DNA of 33,335 nt from an uncultured archaeon (GCA_964645535.1 CAZYCQ010000035.1:1-33335); one strand, 5' to 3'. Shown: positions 1 to 9,784, counted from the first letter of the stretch. Notes: generated by a model not told the origin, from the letters alone. Program-made: numbers and translations.

Positions 1-350
1 ATAAGTGGAACCTTTTGATGGTTCAGTTCCAGATCTAATTTTTGCAACCAGTTGAATAGGTTTTGATAAGTCTCATACCTTGTGACATCAAATACAAGAA
101 TTGCCCCCTTTGCACCCTTATAATAATTTGAGGCGACATTGGAAAATTTCACCTGTCCTGCAATGTCCCAAATTTGAAGGATTATCTCGTATTCTTCATT
201 AATCTCGATTGGAACTCTAGCAAAATCAGCACCGATTGTCATGTCTTGATTGGGATCAAATTTGCCCTCAGTCAATCTTCTTTTCAATGAAGTTTTGCCG
301 ACAGCGCCATCTCCAAGAAGAACCAATTTGGCAATGAACTTTTTCTTCAG
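1..350 (-). CDS. Rab-like small GTPase (runs off the left edge; start codon uncertain, possibly CTG at 348-350)
   Basis: Not in the ORF track. Manual translation gives LKKKFIAKLVLLGDGAVGKTSL...MTIGADF...ILQIWDIAGQVKFSNVASNYYKGAKGAILVFDVT, containing the P-loop G1, G2, G3 (DIAGQ) and RabF1-F5-like motifs. Confidence 0.93.
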   Translation of the reverse strand, partial: MKKKFIAKLVLLGDGAVGKTSLKRRLTEGKFDPNQDMTIGADFARVPIEINEEYEIILQIWDIAGQVKFSNVASNYYKGAKGAILVFDVTRYETYQNLFNWLQKLDLELNHQKVPL

Positions 351-469
351 ATCGTATCTATTTCTAGCGAACTGCTAGTTAACTTCAGTGTTTCCATGTT
401 CTACAGAGTTTCCCAAATTAGTGTTGTTACAATCTTCAGTATAGTTTTCGAGAAACTTGGCCAACTGGA

Positions 470-555
470 GAAACCTTTATATGTGTCAAATTCTGACATA
501 TGTCAGGACAACAGAGACATGTGTCAATTATTGATAGGTCAATTGTCACGGAGGT
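470..555 (+). promoter_or_regulatory. copB promoter with TATA box, TGTCA/TGACA operator-like palindromes and ribosome-binding site
   Basis: TTTATAT at about 476-482; TGTCA-N5-TGACA at 484-498; perfect palindrome CTGACATATGTCAG at 493-506; TGTCA-N5-TGATA at 522-536; GGAGGT at 550-555, 6 nt before the ATG. Confidence 0.6.
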
Positions 556-561
556 TGCCTT

Positions 562-2640
562 ATGGAAGAGCACGACAAACACAAAAATCACACAACTATG
601 AACAAACCAGATCATTCAAACCATCAAAAAGGTCATGGAAGTCATAAGGCTCATCAATCAAACAGTCAGCATGAAGAGCATCATGGAGATCATAAAAACC
701 ATCATGAAATGATGATTGTTGATTTCCGCAAAAGATTCACTGTTTCGGCCATTCTATCCATACCTGTTCTCATTTTATCTCCTGCAGTACAGACATTGTT
801 CAGATATTCCCTTGAATTCCCATTCGCAGAATATTGGCAACTGATCCTATCTACTGTGATATACATCTACGGAGGAATTCCATTCTTCAAAGGAGCAAGA
901 GATGAATTAAAGAAAAAACTTCCAGGAATGATGACTTTGGTTGCCATAGCAATTACCACAGCATATTTCTATAGTGCAGCCGTTGTAATCGCCATTGAGG
1001 GAAAATTCTTTTTTTGGGAATTGGTTACCCTGATTGATGTGATGCTATTTGGTCATTGGATGGAGATGAAGTCTGTCCTTGGAGCATCCAAGGCATTGGA
1101 AAGTCTAGTCAAACTGCTTCCTTCAGAAGCCCACCTTATAAAGGAAGATGGATCCATTGTGGACATTCCAATATCGCAATTGAAGATTGGAGACAAGGTT
1201 CTCATTCGTCCAGGAGAAAAAGTTCCTGTTGATGGAATCATCGTTTCAGGATCATCCAATTTGAATGAGGCCATTATTACGGGAGAATCAAAACCAGTGT
1301 CGAAGAAACAGGGGGATGAAATCATTGCGGGTTCAGTCAATGGAGAAGGAGCCATTACAGCAGAGGTAAAAAGAACTGGAAAGGACACCTACCTTTCTCA
1401 AGTGATCGAATTGGTCAATGAAGCACAAAAAACGCGTTCCAAGACACAAGACTTGGCCAACAGGGCAGCATTTGTCCTCACCGTTGTTGCGGTCATTGGT
1501 GGGGTAATTACATTTGTGACATGGTTGGCCTTAGGAAAATCATTGGCATTTGCCCTTGAACGGATGGTCACAGTCATTGTTATTGCATGTCCCCATGCCC
1601 TTGGATTGGCAGTTCCACTGGTGGTTTCGATTTCTACAAGCATTTCAGCCAACAATGGACTTCTTATTAGGAATCGTTCTGCATTTGAAAGAGCAAGAAA
1701 TATCACAGCAATTATTTTTGATAAAACAGGAACCTTGACCAAAGGAGAATTTGGAGTCACCGATATTGTTAAAATATCGGAAACAGATGAAAATGAGATC
1801 CTTCAGCTAGCGGCGTCCCTAGAAATCAATTCAGAGCATCCAATTGCAACAGGAATTGTGAAGGCAGCCCAAGAAAAGAATATTGAACTATTGGATGTTG
1901 ATGACTTTGAAGCCATTCCAGGAAAAGGAATAAAGGGCAAGATAGACGGAAAGACAGTGATTGTTGCCAGTCCGAAATATGTACAGGAACTGAAATTGGG
2001 ATCTTGGCCAGAAGCAGTCGAGAATCTGCATGAGCAGGGAAAAACTACCGTTTTCCTGATCCAAGACAATAAGCTTGTGGCAGCCATTGCTCTTGCAGAT
2101 CTGATACGAGAGGAATCAAGAGATGCAATCGCTCGTCTGCACGAGATGGGCATCAAGACCTATATGCTTACAGGAGATAATGCAAAAGTGGCTCAATGGG
2201 TCAGTCAGGAATTGGGAATTGATGATTACTTTGCGGAGGTGCTCCCCCATCAAAAGGCGGAAAAGGTCAAGGAATTACAAGCAAAGGGTGAAATTGTTGC
2301 TATGACGGGAGATGGAGTCAATGATGCTCCGGCATTGGTACAGGCAGATCTTGGAATTGCCATTGGTGCGGGAACTGATGTGGCTATCGAATCTGCCGAC
2401 ATTATTCTTGTACGGAGTGACCCTAGGGATACAGTCGCCATCATTGAATTGGCAAGGAAGACATACAAAAAGATGCAAGAAAATTTGGTGTGGGCATCTG
2501 GCTACAACACTTTTGCACTTCCCCTTGCCGCAGGCGTTCTGTACAATTTCGGGGTAGTCCTTTCACCAGCAGTAGGTGGCATTCTTATGTCATTAAGTAC
2601 AGTCATTGTTGCAATTAATGCGAAAAGATTGCGAATGTGA
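562..2640 (+). CDS. copB: Copper-translocating P1B-type ATPase with His-rich N-terminus (CopB / P1B-3 type)
   Basis: His-rich N-terminus, TGES, CPH in the metal-binding helix, DKTGT, SEHP, GDGVNDAP, YN and MSLS motifs. Confidence 0.93.
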   Translation: MEEHDKHKNHTTMNKPDHSNHQKGHGSHKAHQSNSQHEEHHGDHKNHHEMMIVDFRKRFTVSAILSIPVLILSPAVQTLFRYSLEFPFAEYWQLILSTVIYIYGGIPFFKGARDELKKKLPGMMTLVAIAITTAYFYSAAVVIAIEGKFFFWELVTLIDVMLFGHWMEMKSVLGASKALESLVKLLPSEAHLIKEDGSIVDIPISQLKIGDKVLIRPGEKVPVDGIIVSGSSNLNEAIITGESKPVSKKQGDEIIAGSVNGEGAITAEVKRTGKDTYLSQVIELVNEAQKTRSKTQDLANRAAFVLTVVAVIGGVITFVTWLALGKSLAFALERMVTVIVIACPHALGLAVPLVVSISTSISANNGLLIRNRSAFERARNITAIIFDKTGTLTKGEFGVTDIVKISETDENEILQLAASLEINSEHPIATGIVKAAQEKNIELLDVDDFEAIPGKGIKGKIDGKTVIVASPKYVQELKLGSWPEAVENLHEQGKTTVFLIQDNKLVAAIALADLIREESRDAIARLHEMGIKTYMLTGDNAKVAQWVSQELGIDDYFAEVLPHQKAEKVKELQAKGEIVAMTGDGVNDAPALVQADLGIAIGAGTDVAIESADIILVRSDPRDTVAIIELARKTYKKMQENLVWASGYNTFALPLAAGVLYNFGVVLSPAVGGILMSLSTVIVAINAKRLRM

Positions 2641-2679
2641 TCCCGATAGATTTTTTTAGCATCTGACTAAAAAGAATCT

Positions 2680-3156
2680 ATGACCATTCAAATAGACATT
2701 GTGATATTTGGAAGGACGCTTTTTTCTGGAGTGGAATTGCTTGAGCGAAATGTGGCTCTTGTGGCCATGTATTTTGGTTTGATCCTTAAATGGGTCATCA
2801 GCAATATCAGCAATAAGGACAAAGACATGCCACTTCTGGATATCTTTTTCGGTAAGGGGTTCTCTGCCCTGTTTAAGGGAGATTTTGGATATATTACCGA
2901 TCCAATTAAGGCATTATTCAAACTTGAAGGATCACTATTCAGCCTATTGGTAGTAACTTTAGCAGCTGTTGCTTATCCTTTGATCGCCGTTCCAATAGCA
3001 GATTTGGAAACTTTCAGAGCCTTCATTTTCAAGGCACTGCTTACAGGATACTCCTCGGATCTTTTGGTGGCTCAGGCAAGAGATATTTTCAAAAAGGCAC
3101 ACGGCAATAGAAAAGCAATTCAGCTAATACTGAAGGAGGACAAGACAAATGGTTGA
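2680..3156 (+). CDS. Hypothetical membrane protein (about 3 TM, C-terminal GYSSD motif)
   Basis: 158-aa ORF with hydrophobic segments; overlaps the next ORF by 8 nt. Confidence 0.7.
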   Translation: MTIQIDIVIFGRTLFSGVELLERNVALVAMYFGLILKWVISNISNKDKDMPLLDIFFGKGFSALFKGDFGYITDPIKALFKLEGSLFSLLVVTLAAVAYPLIAVPIADLETFRAFIFKALLTGYSSDLLVAQARDIFKKAHGNRKAIQLILKEDKTNG

Positions 3157-3616
3157 GATCGACATCGGGTATGCATTACTTGTCGTAATTGCGAGCATTG
3201 GAGGATCCATCATTCAATTTTGGGTAGGAGTATACAAAGAGGAGATGGAATTGGCAGGAGGAGTCATCGATCTCCTTGCGAAAGAATTGAAGGAAATGCC
3301 AGAGGATCTGATAAAAGTAGGAACACAGAAGAGAGCGAAGATCTTGAGGAGCTACCTGAAATCCAAAAGGAAGAACCTGAGATCCAAATACCTAGATAAA
3401 TGGATGATCACTGTTTTTTTTGGGATTATTGCAGGAATACTCTACCTTTTGATCGGATCACTTGAACCAAATGCAGGGTATTTCATTGCAGCAGTTGTCA
3501 ATGGATATGCAGGAGAAAGTTTTGTAATGAAAGTTTTGACCCAGGAATCCGGGGATGTTTCATGGAGTAGAGCAGAGTTTGAACAATTCCAGAGGGAGTT
3601 CATGGAAAAGGACTAG
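3149..3616 (+). CDS. Hypothetical membrane protein (about 3 TM, IGG and GYAGE motifs)
   Basis: 155-aa ORF; GGAGG upstream; three hydrophobic helices around a charged loop. Confidence 0.75.
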   Translation: MVEIDIGYALLVVIASIGGSIIQFWVGVYKEEMELAGGVIDLLAKELKEMPEDLIKVGTQKRAKILRSYLKSKRKNLRSKYLDKWMITVFFGIIAGILYLLIGSLEPNAGYFIAAVVNGYAGESFVMKVLTQESGDVSWSRAEFEQFQREFMEKD

Positions 3617-3670
3617 GGAGAACATAGGATATCGGGCATATCATCTTTCAATACAAGAACTTTCTAAGGT

Positions 3671-4135
3671 TCACTCGTTAGAAATCTTGAGTTGGATAAT
3701 GTCCTTTATTTGATATGGAAGAACTACGAGGAGAGAAAGTATTGAGAAAACTGCAACAACAAAGGTTTTTCCCAGGCCGATCAGGACTATATCAAGAATC
3801 AAAGTGCAAGTCAGAAAGGTGGCATAAAAGGACTGTTTTGGCCATAGGGTTCCATTGATCAGGAAGTAATCCACCATGGCGTTCAATCTCATTGATCTGA
3901 CATTGTATTCAGGCTTCAAGGTATAAGTATTGTTGGGATTTTTCTTGACATAGCCTTCTTCAACCAGTTTTGTCAGATGATAACTGGCATGAGAAGCAGT
4001 TTTCAGACCAAGGCCATGGCGTACCTCAGTTGGTCCTACCTCCTTGCCAACTTTCAGGAGATAGACAAACACTTGAAGACGTAAACCGGTGAGGTCAGGG
4101 AACGAGCCGTTCCCTTTTTCATTTGCAGCACTCAT
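3671..4135 (-). CDS. Membrane-anchored winged-helix transcription regulator
   Basis: LTGLRLQVFVYLL...VGPTEVRHGLGLKTASHASYHLTKLVEEGYVKK wHTH pattern followed by two C-terminal TM helices. Confidence 0.8.
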   Translation of the reverse strand: MSAANEKGNGSFPDLTGLRLQVFVYLLKVGKEVGPTEVRHGLGLKTASHASYHLTKLVEEGYVKKNPNNTYTLKPEYNVRSMRLNAMVDYFLINGTLWPKQSFYATFLTCTLILDIVLIGLGKTFVVAVFSILSLLVVLPYQIKDIIQLKISNE

Positions 4136-4141
4136 TCTAAC

Positions 4142-4984
4142 TCATCCAGGAGGTGCGTCCGAGAAAAGCTCATGAATTTTTGTCACAAGGGTATCGAAGG
4201 CCGACACGGGTGAGAGATACAAGGGACTATAGGGATACCTAATTTGAGGAAGTGGAAAATCACCCCAAGGATAGGAAAACATGTAGGTGGAATTCCACAG
4301 ATAATCAGTATAAATGATAATTCCGTCCCCATCAAAATTTTGTGATAGATGAAATTCAATGCCGGATCCATTCTCATAAAAAATGTCAAGGAAATAGGCA
4401 ATATTTCCCCCACCAGAATTCCAATCCCATGAGGACCAATCCCATTCAACCTCTTCTGTTCGGTTCAGACTATCTGTAAGGAGACCATTAATCTGTTGGA
4501 TGTCTAGATCAGAATAATAGGCAGAATAATTGTAGATTCTAAGATCTTCTGGATACCCATTTGAAAAATTGGCAAACCATACATATGCAAACCAAGTAGT
4601 TGAATTGATTCGTATCAAATGGATATCCTTATTCCAGCCTCTTGCACTGGTATCATTCGATAGATCAGTGTAATTGAAGTTTACTCTCATATAGACTGCC
4701 TTTTCGTAATTCTGCCTTACCTGTTCAGCCAACAACGAAATCCGGCTTATTGGCTCGTCATTTGTTCCATTGGTGGACAGATCAGTATCATTGGTCAAAG
4801 GAGACTGATGGGAAGGGGTTCCTTGGTTGTCATCTCCAGTCGGAGTAGTGGTGACATAATAATCAATCACGAAGGCAGTAGCAATCAAGATGGAGACAAT
4901 TCCCAATGCAAGCAGAATGCCTCGAAGATACTGCATTCTTCGTGTCTTCAATATTTGGAGTTCAATTTGTCGCTCCATGACCAA
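4142..4984 (-). CDS. Single-pass membrane protein with a predicted extracellular, N-glycosylated domain
   Basis: N-terminal TM helix, T/D/S-rich linker, many N-x-S/T sequons; 6-bp gap to the wHTH gene. Confidence 0.75.
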   Translation of the reverse strand: MVMERQIELQILKTRRMQYLRGILLALGIVSILIATAFVIDYYVTTTPTGDDNQGTPSHQSPLTNDTDLSTNGTNDEPISRISLLAEQVRQNYEKAVYMRVNFNYTDLSNDTSARGWNKDIHLIRINSTTWFAYVWFANFSNGYPEDLRIYNYSAYYSDLDIQQINGLLTDSLNRTEEVEWDWSSWDWNSGGGNIAYFLDIFYENGSGIEFHLSQNFDGDGIIIYTDYLWNSTYMFSYPWGDFPLPQIRYPYSPLYLSPVSAFDTLVTKIHELFSDAPPG

Positions 4985-5108
4985 TGTTTTTTCGATTGCA
5001 TATTAATAATATAACTTTGAATGTCGTATTCAAAGGTTTGAAAGACATTTTCAGCAATTCAAAATTATTCACACAACCCATAGAGCAGGATGATTTTGGT
5101 TTCACCAA

Positions 5109-5474
5109 TCACCATTCAATTTCTGCTTGGAAATCACCAGTTTCAACAAGTTTGAACCCAGGAGGAACTACAGTTTTGTCATAGACAAAAAGGTTGATTG
5201 GTTGTCCGTTCAATTCAAGAATCTCCACATGATATCCAAAAGAGGTTTCAAACTCTGCAATTTGTTGGAACAGCTTTTCCGGAACTTCATAAACCTCAAG
5301 GAAAACTTCCGCATGACCTTGTTTGATTAACATGGGGTAACGGCCATTTGAATAGAGGGTAAATGGGATTTCAAATCTTCCTTCAAAGACAGGATCTCTA
5401 GGAGCAAGAAATGTCCCGTAATTGTGATGACCTCGTTTGAGGGTTCCATATACACCCATAAGGACTTTTTTCAT
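5109..5474 (-). CDS. Gamma-glutamylcyclotransferase (AIG2-like) family protein
   Basis: MKKVLMGVYGTLKRGHHNY motif, EVYEV, and FE in the catalytic region. Start moved to the ATG at 5474, with a TATA-like box about 25 nt upstream. Confidence 0.85.
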   Translation of the reverse strand: MKKVLMGVYGTLKRGHHNYGTFLAPRDPVFEGRFEIPFTLYSNGRYPMLIKQGHAEVFLEVYEVPEKLFQQIAEFETSFGYHVEILELNGQPINLFVYDKTVVPPGFKLVETGDFQAEIEW

Positions 5475-5505
5475 GATTAACTGGTACAAACTTCGAATAT
5501 AAGAA

Positions 5506-5533
5506 CCTGAGCTCATTTGTAAGTGAGCTCAGG
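5506..5533. promoter_or_regulatory. Perfect 10-bp inverted repeat next to the GGCT TATA box (operator-like or hairpin)
   Basis: CCTGAGCTCA-N8-TGAGCTCAGG, directly upstream of TTATAT on the minus strand (about 5497-5502). Confidence 0.5.
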
Positions 5534-5724
5534 ACGATTGCGGAGAATTGAACGAAAATAACGTTTCCGATCTCATTCTATTCGACACCAAGTTGCATTA
5601 AGCAAAATATGATCATTGGATTATACCCATTGCAAAATTTGTAATGGCTACGCCAAAAATGACGATATAGCTCAATGGGGTAAGTTCAAGAATATCTGCC
5701 ATGTTTTGACAATCCCCCGCCTAC

Positions 5725-7110
5725 CTATTTTACCTCGGTAGATTTCAAGTAGAATGGGACTGCATTTCCTTTTTGCGACACATATAATTTCAGAACCCAG
5801 ACCACTTGACCAAAGAGCAATAAAGTCCCAAGCAAATGAAGTATTCCACCATAGGCAACCACGTGAAAATCAGACAGATAGAAACCTATCGCAGCAATGA
5901 CACCACCCATTGCAGACAGAACAAATACAACAAACAACAGCTTTTCGTGAAGCATGGAATGAAGACTAGTCTCACCGCGTTTTCCGCTGAAAAGAATAGT
6001 ATAGACCTGGAATGCCGAAATTCTATGGTAAGCCCCCATCATTATGAAAGAAAGACCCAAAAGTAGAGAAGTATGGATGTGGAAGTCACGGATTGATAGA
6101 TCTGACATGAAACCAAAATCTTCCAATGCAGAAAGGGTTCCCAAAGTCGATCCGATTGCCAACCAAATGAATCCCCATAAGAAGAAAATTCCAGTAACTG
6201 GATACGACAAGTTCTTTCCACGATTTGTCGTTACAAGGCTTCGAACCATGAAGTAAACTACCAATATCCAGTTGATATACCATAGAGATCCCCCGATCAC
6301 AAGCAGAGGAAAGGATTCCATGATAATTCCGGAAATGAACAAAGTCGATGAGCTAAGGGAAAACCAAAAATGCTTGTCGATTCTTGGCCGATAGGATCGA
6401 TCAATGGCCCTGTTGAGGAACATAGGAAGAATCCTAGTCACTGCCCCTTGTAGCACTAAACTAATCCAACCAACTGCAAATATATGCATGACCTGCCATC
6501 TTGCAAGATTGTGAAATTCAAATTGAAGACCAGGCACAAACTGTGCATAGAGGAGTAAGCCCAATATGAAAAAGACCTGTCCGGCAAGATAGAATTGAAG
6601 AGGAAACTTAAAGAAACGGGATCGGGAATATTTTCCAAGCCAGAAAGTGTGCACAACTGTTGCAATGAGGAGAAAGCCGTAAGCCCAAGCAAGTAAATTG
6701 ATCCAACCACTCAAGATTGTCAGAAAAACAGAAAGATAAACGGAAATCAGGAAAATCCATCTGAAAACCTCAGGTTCAAACTTTCGGATTGCCAAAATAG
6801 CTCGGAAGAATTGCAGTTCGGCTCCAAGAATAAGAAAAGTGATCCATCCGAAAATAGCTAGATGAAAATGGATTGGATAGAACGAGGTGATAAGTCCCAG
6901 TCCGAAAAGAATACCATAGAGTTGAAGAGCTAGGAACGAAACAAAAGCAGAGAACATAGCCCATATTGCAACAGGTTCACCCTTGAACATCACGGTTTTT
7001 GGAACCAAGGAACTATTAAGGCTATAGACCATTATATGAACAGGTCGAAAAAATAATCGAAGAAAAGGAGAAAGAAGGAAGAGATCAACTGTTTTCTTGC
7101 TCAGGGACAC
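5725..7110 (-). CDS. Polytopic membrane protein with repeated His motifs (NnrS-like or heme-copper-oxidase-subunit-I-like); start uncertain
   Basis: About 12 TM helices; three repeats HFHLAIFGW, MHIFAVGW and FHIHTSLLLG, each followed by a ..G(A) helix motif. Confidence 0.6.
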   Translation of the reverse strand: MSLSKKTVDLFLLSPFLRLFFRPVHIMVYSLNSSLVPKTVMFKGEPVAIWAMFSAFVSFLALQLYGILFGLGLITSFYPIHFHLAIFGWITFLILGAELQFFRAILAIRKFEPEVFRWIFLISVYLSVFLTILSGWINLLAWAYGFLLIATVVHTFWLGKYSRSRFFKFPLQFYLAGQVFFILGLLLYAQFVPGLQFEFHNLARWQVMHIFAVGWISLVLQGAVTRILPMFLNRAIDRSYRPRIDKHFWFSLSSSTLFISGIIMESFPLLVIGGSLWYINWILVVYFMVRSLVTTNRGKNLSYPVTGIFFLWGFIWLAIGSTLGTLSALEDFGFMSDLSIRDFHIHTSLLLGLSFIMMGAYHRISAFQVYTILFSGKRGETSLHSMLHEKLLFVVFVLSAMGGVIAAIGFYLSDFHVVAYGGILHLLGTLLLFGQVVWVLKLYVSQKGNAVPFYLKSTEVK

Positions 7111-7209
7111 GGGTTCACGAAATGATTAGAAAAGTTTGGAGAGGGGAAACCATGAGTTTTTTGGGGAGAGGAATATGAAAAAACAAATCTCGCCAAAGAG
7201 GAGTGATGA

Positions 7210-8733
7210 TTAGCCAGCAAGAACCTTCCCGGTTATTTTCCCGATGGCCATGCTTAGGTCTCTCGCATTGTATTCAAGGTTATTGGTATCGTTGAGCAGG
7301 TTTTTGACAGGATCCGTATTGCCACCCAAGCTTTCAATCCATTGGATCCATGATTGGATAGCCTCAGTTTTCTTCAGGACTCGAAGGACATCCAATGAGA
7401 GAACATTAGTTGTCCCTTCCCAAATCGGAAAGACTTGGGCATCCCTCAAAAGCTTAGCGATTCCAGTATCTTCAAGGTATCCTGCGCCTCCCATGGCTTC
7501 AACCATTTCACTGATCATGGCTACTCCTTTCTTTGCTGTATAAAGTTTGGCTACGGGAGTAAGCAATCTTAGGATATCTGCCTCCTGCTTTGTTATGGTT
7601 CCGCAGTCCTGCTTACCTTGAAGCTCAACAACCTTGAAAGCCAAGTGGAAACATTCGCGGAGTTCTGTTTCTGCTTCTTGGAGGATTCGACCATGAAGAG
7701 GATGATCGATGAGTCTCTTACCAAAGGCCTTTCGTTTATGAGCGTAATCAAGAGCAAGGGCATATGCCCGCCTCATATAAGCCACTGTGGAGACAGCATT
7801 ATACATCCTGGTGATATTCAGCATGGTCGCGATCTGCTTCACACCGCGTTGACGTTCACCAATAAGGATAGCCGGAGTTCCATGTAGAGTCAGTTCTGCT
7901 GTTGGAAGAGCACGGGTTCCCAACTTATCTTTTAGTTTGTTGATCTGGAGCTGATTCGGTTTTCCATCCTCCCCGTAGATTTCCAGAAGGAAGAGACTAA
8001 GACGCTCATCCTTAATAAAGTTGCCATCCTTTTCTTCGACAATCCTTGCAAGGGTCATTGACATCTGCCCTGTAATGGCAGAGGTAAACCATTTCGGTCC
8101 GAACAATCGCCATGTCTTTCCATCATGTATCGCGATGGTTTCACTTGGTTGGACATCAGATCCTCCTGTTCTTTCGGTCATCCATTGCCCGGAAACTGCA
8201 AATCGTTCCGGGTCTCTTGTGGTAAGTTGGTCAAAGTACTTCTTGAGAGTCTCAGGTTCATAAGTTTCAATGATCTTGGCAGCTCCATCCGTCATGGCCA
8301 ATGGACAGGTATAGATGGCAGATGAAGGAGTATAAAGGTAAATTTTGGCAAACTGAAAGATTCTGGAGTATTCACCAAATTTTCTTTCATACCCGATGGC
8401 AACCAAGCCTTCTTCAGCTGCAATGTCTTTGAGAGCTTTCCAAGCCCAAGAAGTCTGTACATAATCAACACGATTTCCCCAAGCATCGAATTGAATAAGA
8501 ACCGGCTCATCTCGTTCCGCTTCTTCCGAAATATACAGCAAACGGTTTGCAGCATCCTCCCCAATCTTTTTCAGGTCATCCTCAATGGCATCAAGGACTT
8601 CCTTTGGAAGTGTTTGTTTCAGATATTCCTTTAGAATAGGATCGTCCTCATACTGATTGCCGAGATCGGGAGGATCCTGAAAGAATTGTCCGTGGGCATG
8701 TTTTTTTGCATATTCAAGCAAATTGTTCTTCAT
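7210..8733 (-). CDS. Acyl-CoA dehydrogenase, AidB-like subgroup
   Basis: [49 protein letters not shown] and IWEGTTNV motifs. Confidence 0.92.
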   Translation of the reverse strand: MKNNLLEYAKKHAHGQFFQDPPDLGNQYEDDPILKEYLKQTLPKEVLDAIEDDLKKIGEDAANRLLYISEEAERDEPVLIQFDAWGNRVDYVQTSWAWKALKDIAAEEGLVAIGYERKFGEYSRIFQFAKIYLYTPSSAIYTCPLAMTDGAAKIIETYEPETLKKYFDQLTTRDPERFAVSGQWMTERTGGSDVQPSETIAIHDGKTWRLFGPKWFTSAITGQMSMTLARIVEEKDGNFIKDERLSLFLLEIYGEDGKPNQLQINKLKDKLGTRALPTAELTLHGTPAILIGERQRGVKQIATMLNITRMYNAVSTVAYMRRAYALALDYAHKRKAFGKRLIDHPLHGRILQEAETELRECFHLAFKVVELQGKQDCGTITKQEADILRLLTPVAKLYTAKKGVAMISEMVEAMGGAGYLEDTGIAKLLRDAQVFPIWEGTTNVLSLDVLRVLKKTEAIQSWIQWIESLGGNTDPVKNLLNDTNNLEYNARDLSMAIGKITGKVLAG

Positions 8734-8806
8734 CAGGTCAATCTAGATCATAAGAAGAAAAATGATTTCTTTGCAGATTGGTGAGAAGGCAACTCTTCTT
8801 GCAAAA

Positions 8807-9784
8807 TTATAGGAAAGGTTGAGATGCTTCCTCCAATGCGTTCAACTGCTCTGTGGAAAGTTTGATACTCATAGCTTTTGCATTTTCTGTCGCCTGCCAC
8901 GGTTTTGTCGCGCCGGGAATTGCCACCACTATTTCTCCATGATATTGGAGTAGCCATCTAAGTGCCACTGCACCCATAGACGTTTGAAGCTCTTCTGAAA
9001 TATCTTTTGTGAGCTCAAGCAATTTTTTGCCTTTCTTAAGCTGTTTCTTAAGCCTTCTCCGACGAGCAAATGGTTTGGTGTTGATGATAGATGGATTTTC
9101 GAGTAGGTTGTTCGTGAAGAAACCCTGGCCTAGAGGAGAATAGGCAATGATTGTAATCCCACGTTCCTTGGCGATATCCATGACGCCATCCGTTTCTATT
9201 TTTCTATCGACAAGGCTGTAAGGCATTTGATTGCTGGCTAGATGAATGCCAAAAGTTTGTTCTAAATAATCATCGCCTTCCCTCATCTTTTTGGCACCGA
9301 AATTGCTGATGCCCACAGCCCCAATCTTCCCCTCTACAGCCAATGCGCCCATTTCCTTCAATTGGGCCTTGAAAGGCGAAATAGAGGCAGGCATATGAAT
9401 CTGGTGCAAGTCAATTGAATAAGGAGAAAGGTTTTCAACTCTCTGTGGAAATGTTGTTTTAATTGTTTTTGCCCTTCTGAGTACAGGTCTCCATTTGGTG
9501 GCGATGTGAACCTGTTCGTCTGCCACTCCATTGTTCTGCAATGCCTTGGCAAGAATACGTTCCGATCTGCCGTTTCCATAAATTTCAGCAGTATCAAACC
9601 AGTTGATACCTGATTCCAAGGAGGATTTGACAATTTCGTCTGCATGGGATTGATCCACCTCTTCCCAAAAGAAACGATGGAAGCTTTTCTTGCCTGAGAA
9701 TTGCCATGTTCCAAGACCAATTGAGGTTATTTTAATCCCGGATTTGCCTAGAGGTCGAAGTTCTCCAACCGGATAATCTTGCAT
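8807..9784 (-). CDS. Aldo/keto reductase
   Basis: IGLGTWQF, GINWFDTAEIYGNGRSE, IATK, IDLHQIH, GISNF, IIAYSPLGQG and AIPGAT motifs. Start reassigned to MQDYP at 9784. Confidence 0.92.
   Translation of the reverse strand: MQDYPVGELRPLGKSGIKITSIGLGTWQFSGKKSFHRFFWEEVDQSHADEIVKSSLESGINWFDTAEIYGNGRSERILAKALQNNGVADEQVHIATKWRPVLRRAKTIKTTFPQRVENLSPYSIDLHQIHMPASISPFKAQLKEMGALAVEGKIGAVGISNFGAKKMREGDDYLEQTFGIHLASNQMPYSLVDRKIETDGVMDIAKERGITIIAYSPLGQGFFTNNLLENPSIINTKPFARRRRLKKQLKKGKKLLELTKDISEELQTSMGAVALRWLLQYHGEIVVAIPGATKPWQATENAKAMSIKLSTEQLNALEEASQPFL

Noticed and set aside
396-647. 83-aa plus-strand ORF
   Set aside because: It overlaps the copB promoter and the copB start in another frame and has no recognisable motifs.
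1053-2557. Several ORFs nested in or antisense to copB (and similar short ORFs inside other long genes)
   Set aside because: They are shadow frames of well-supported genes.
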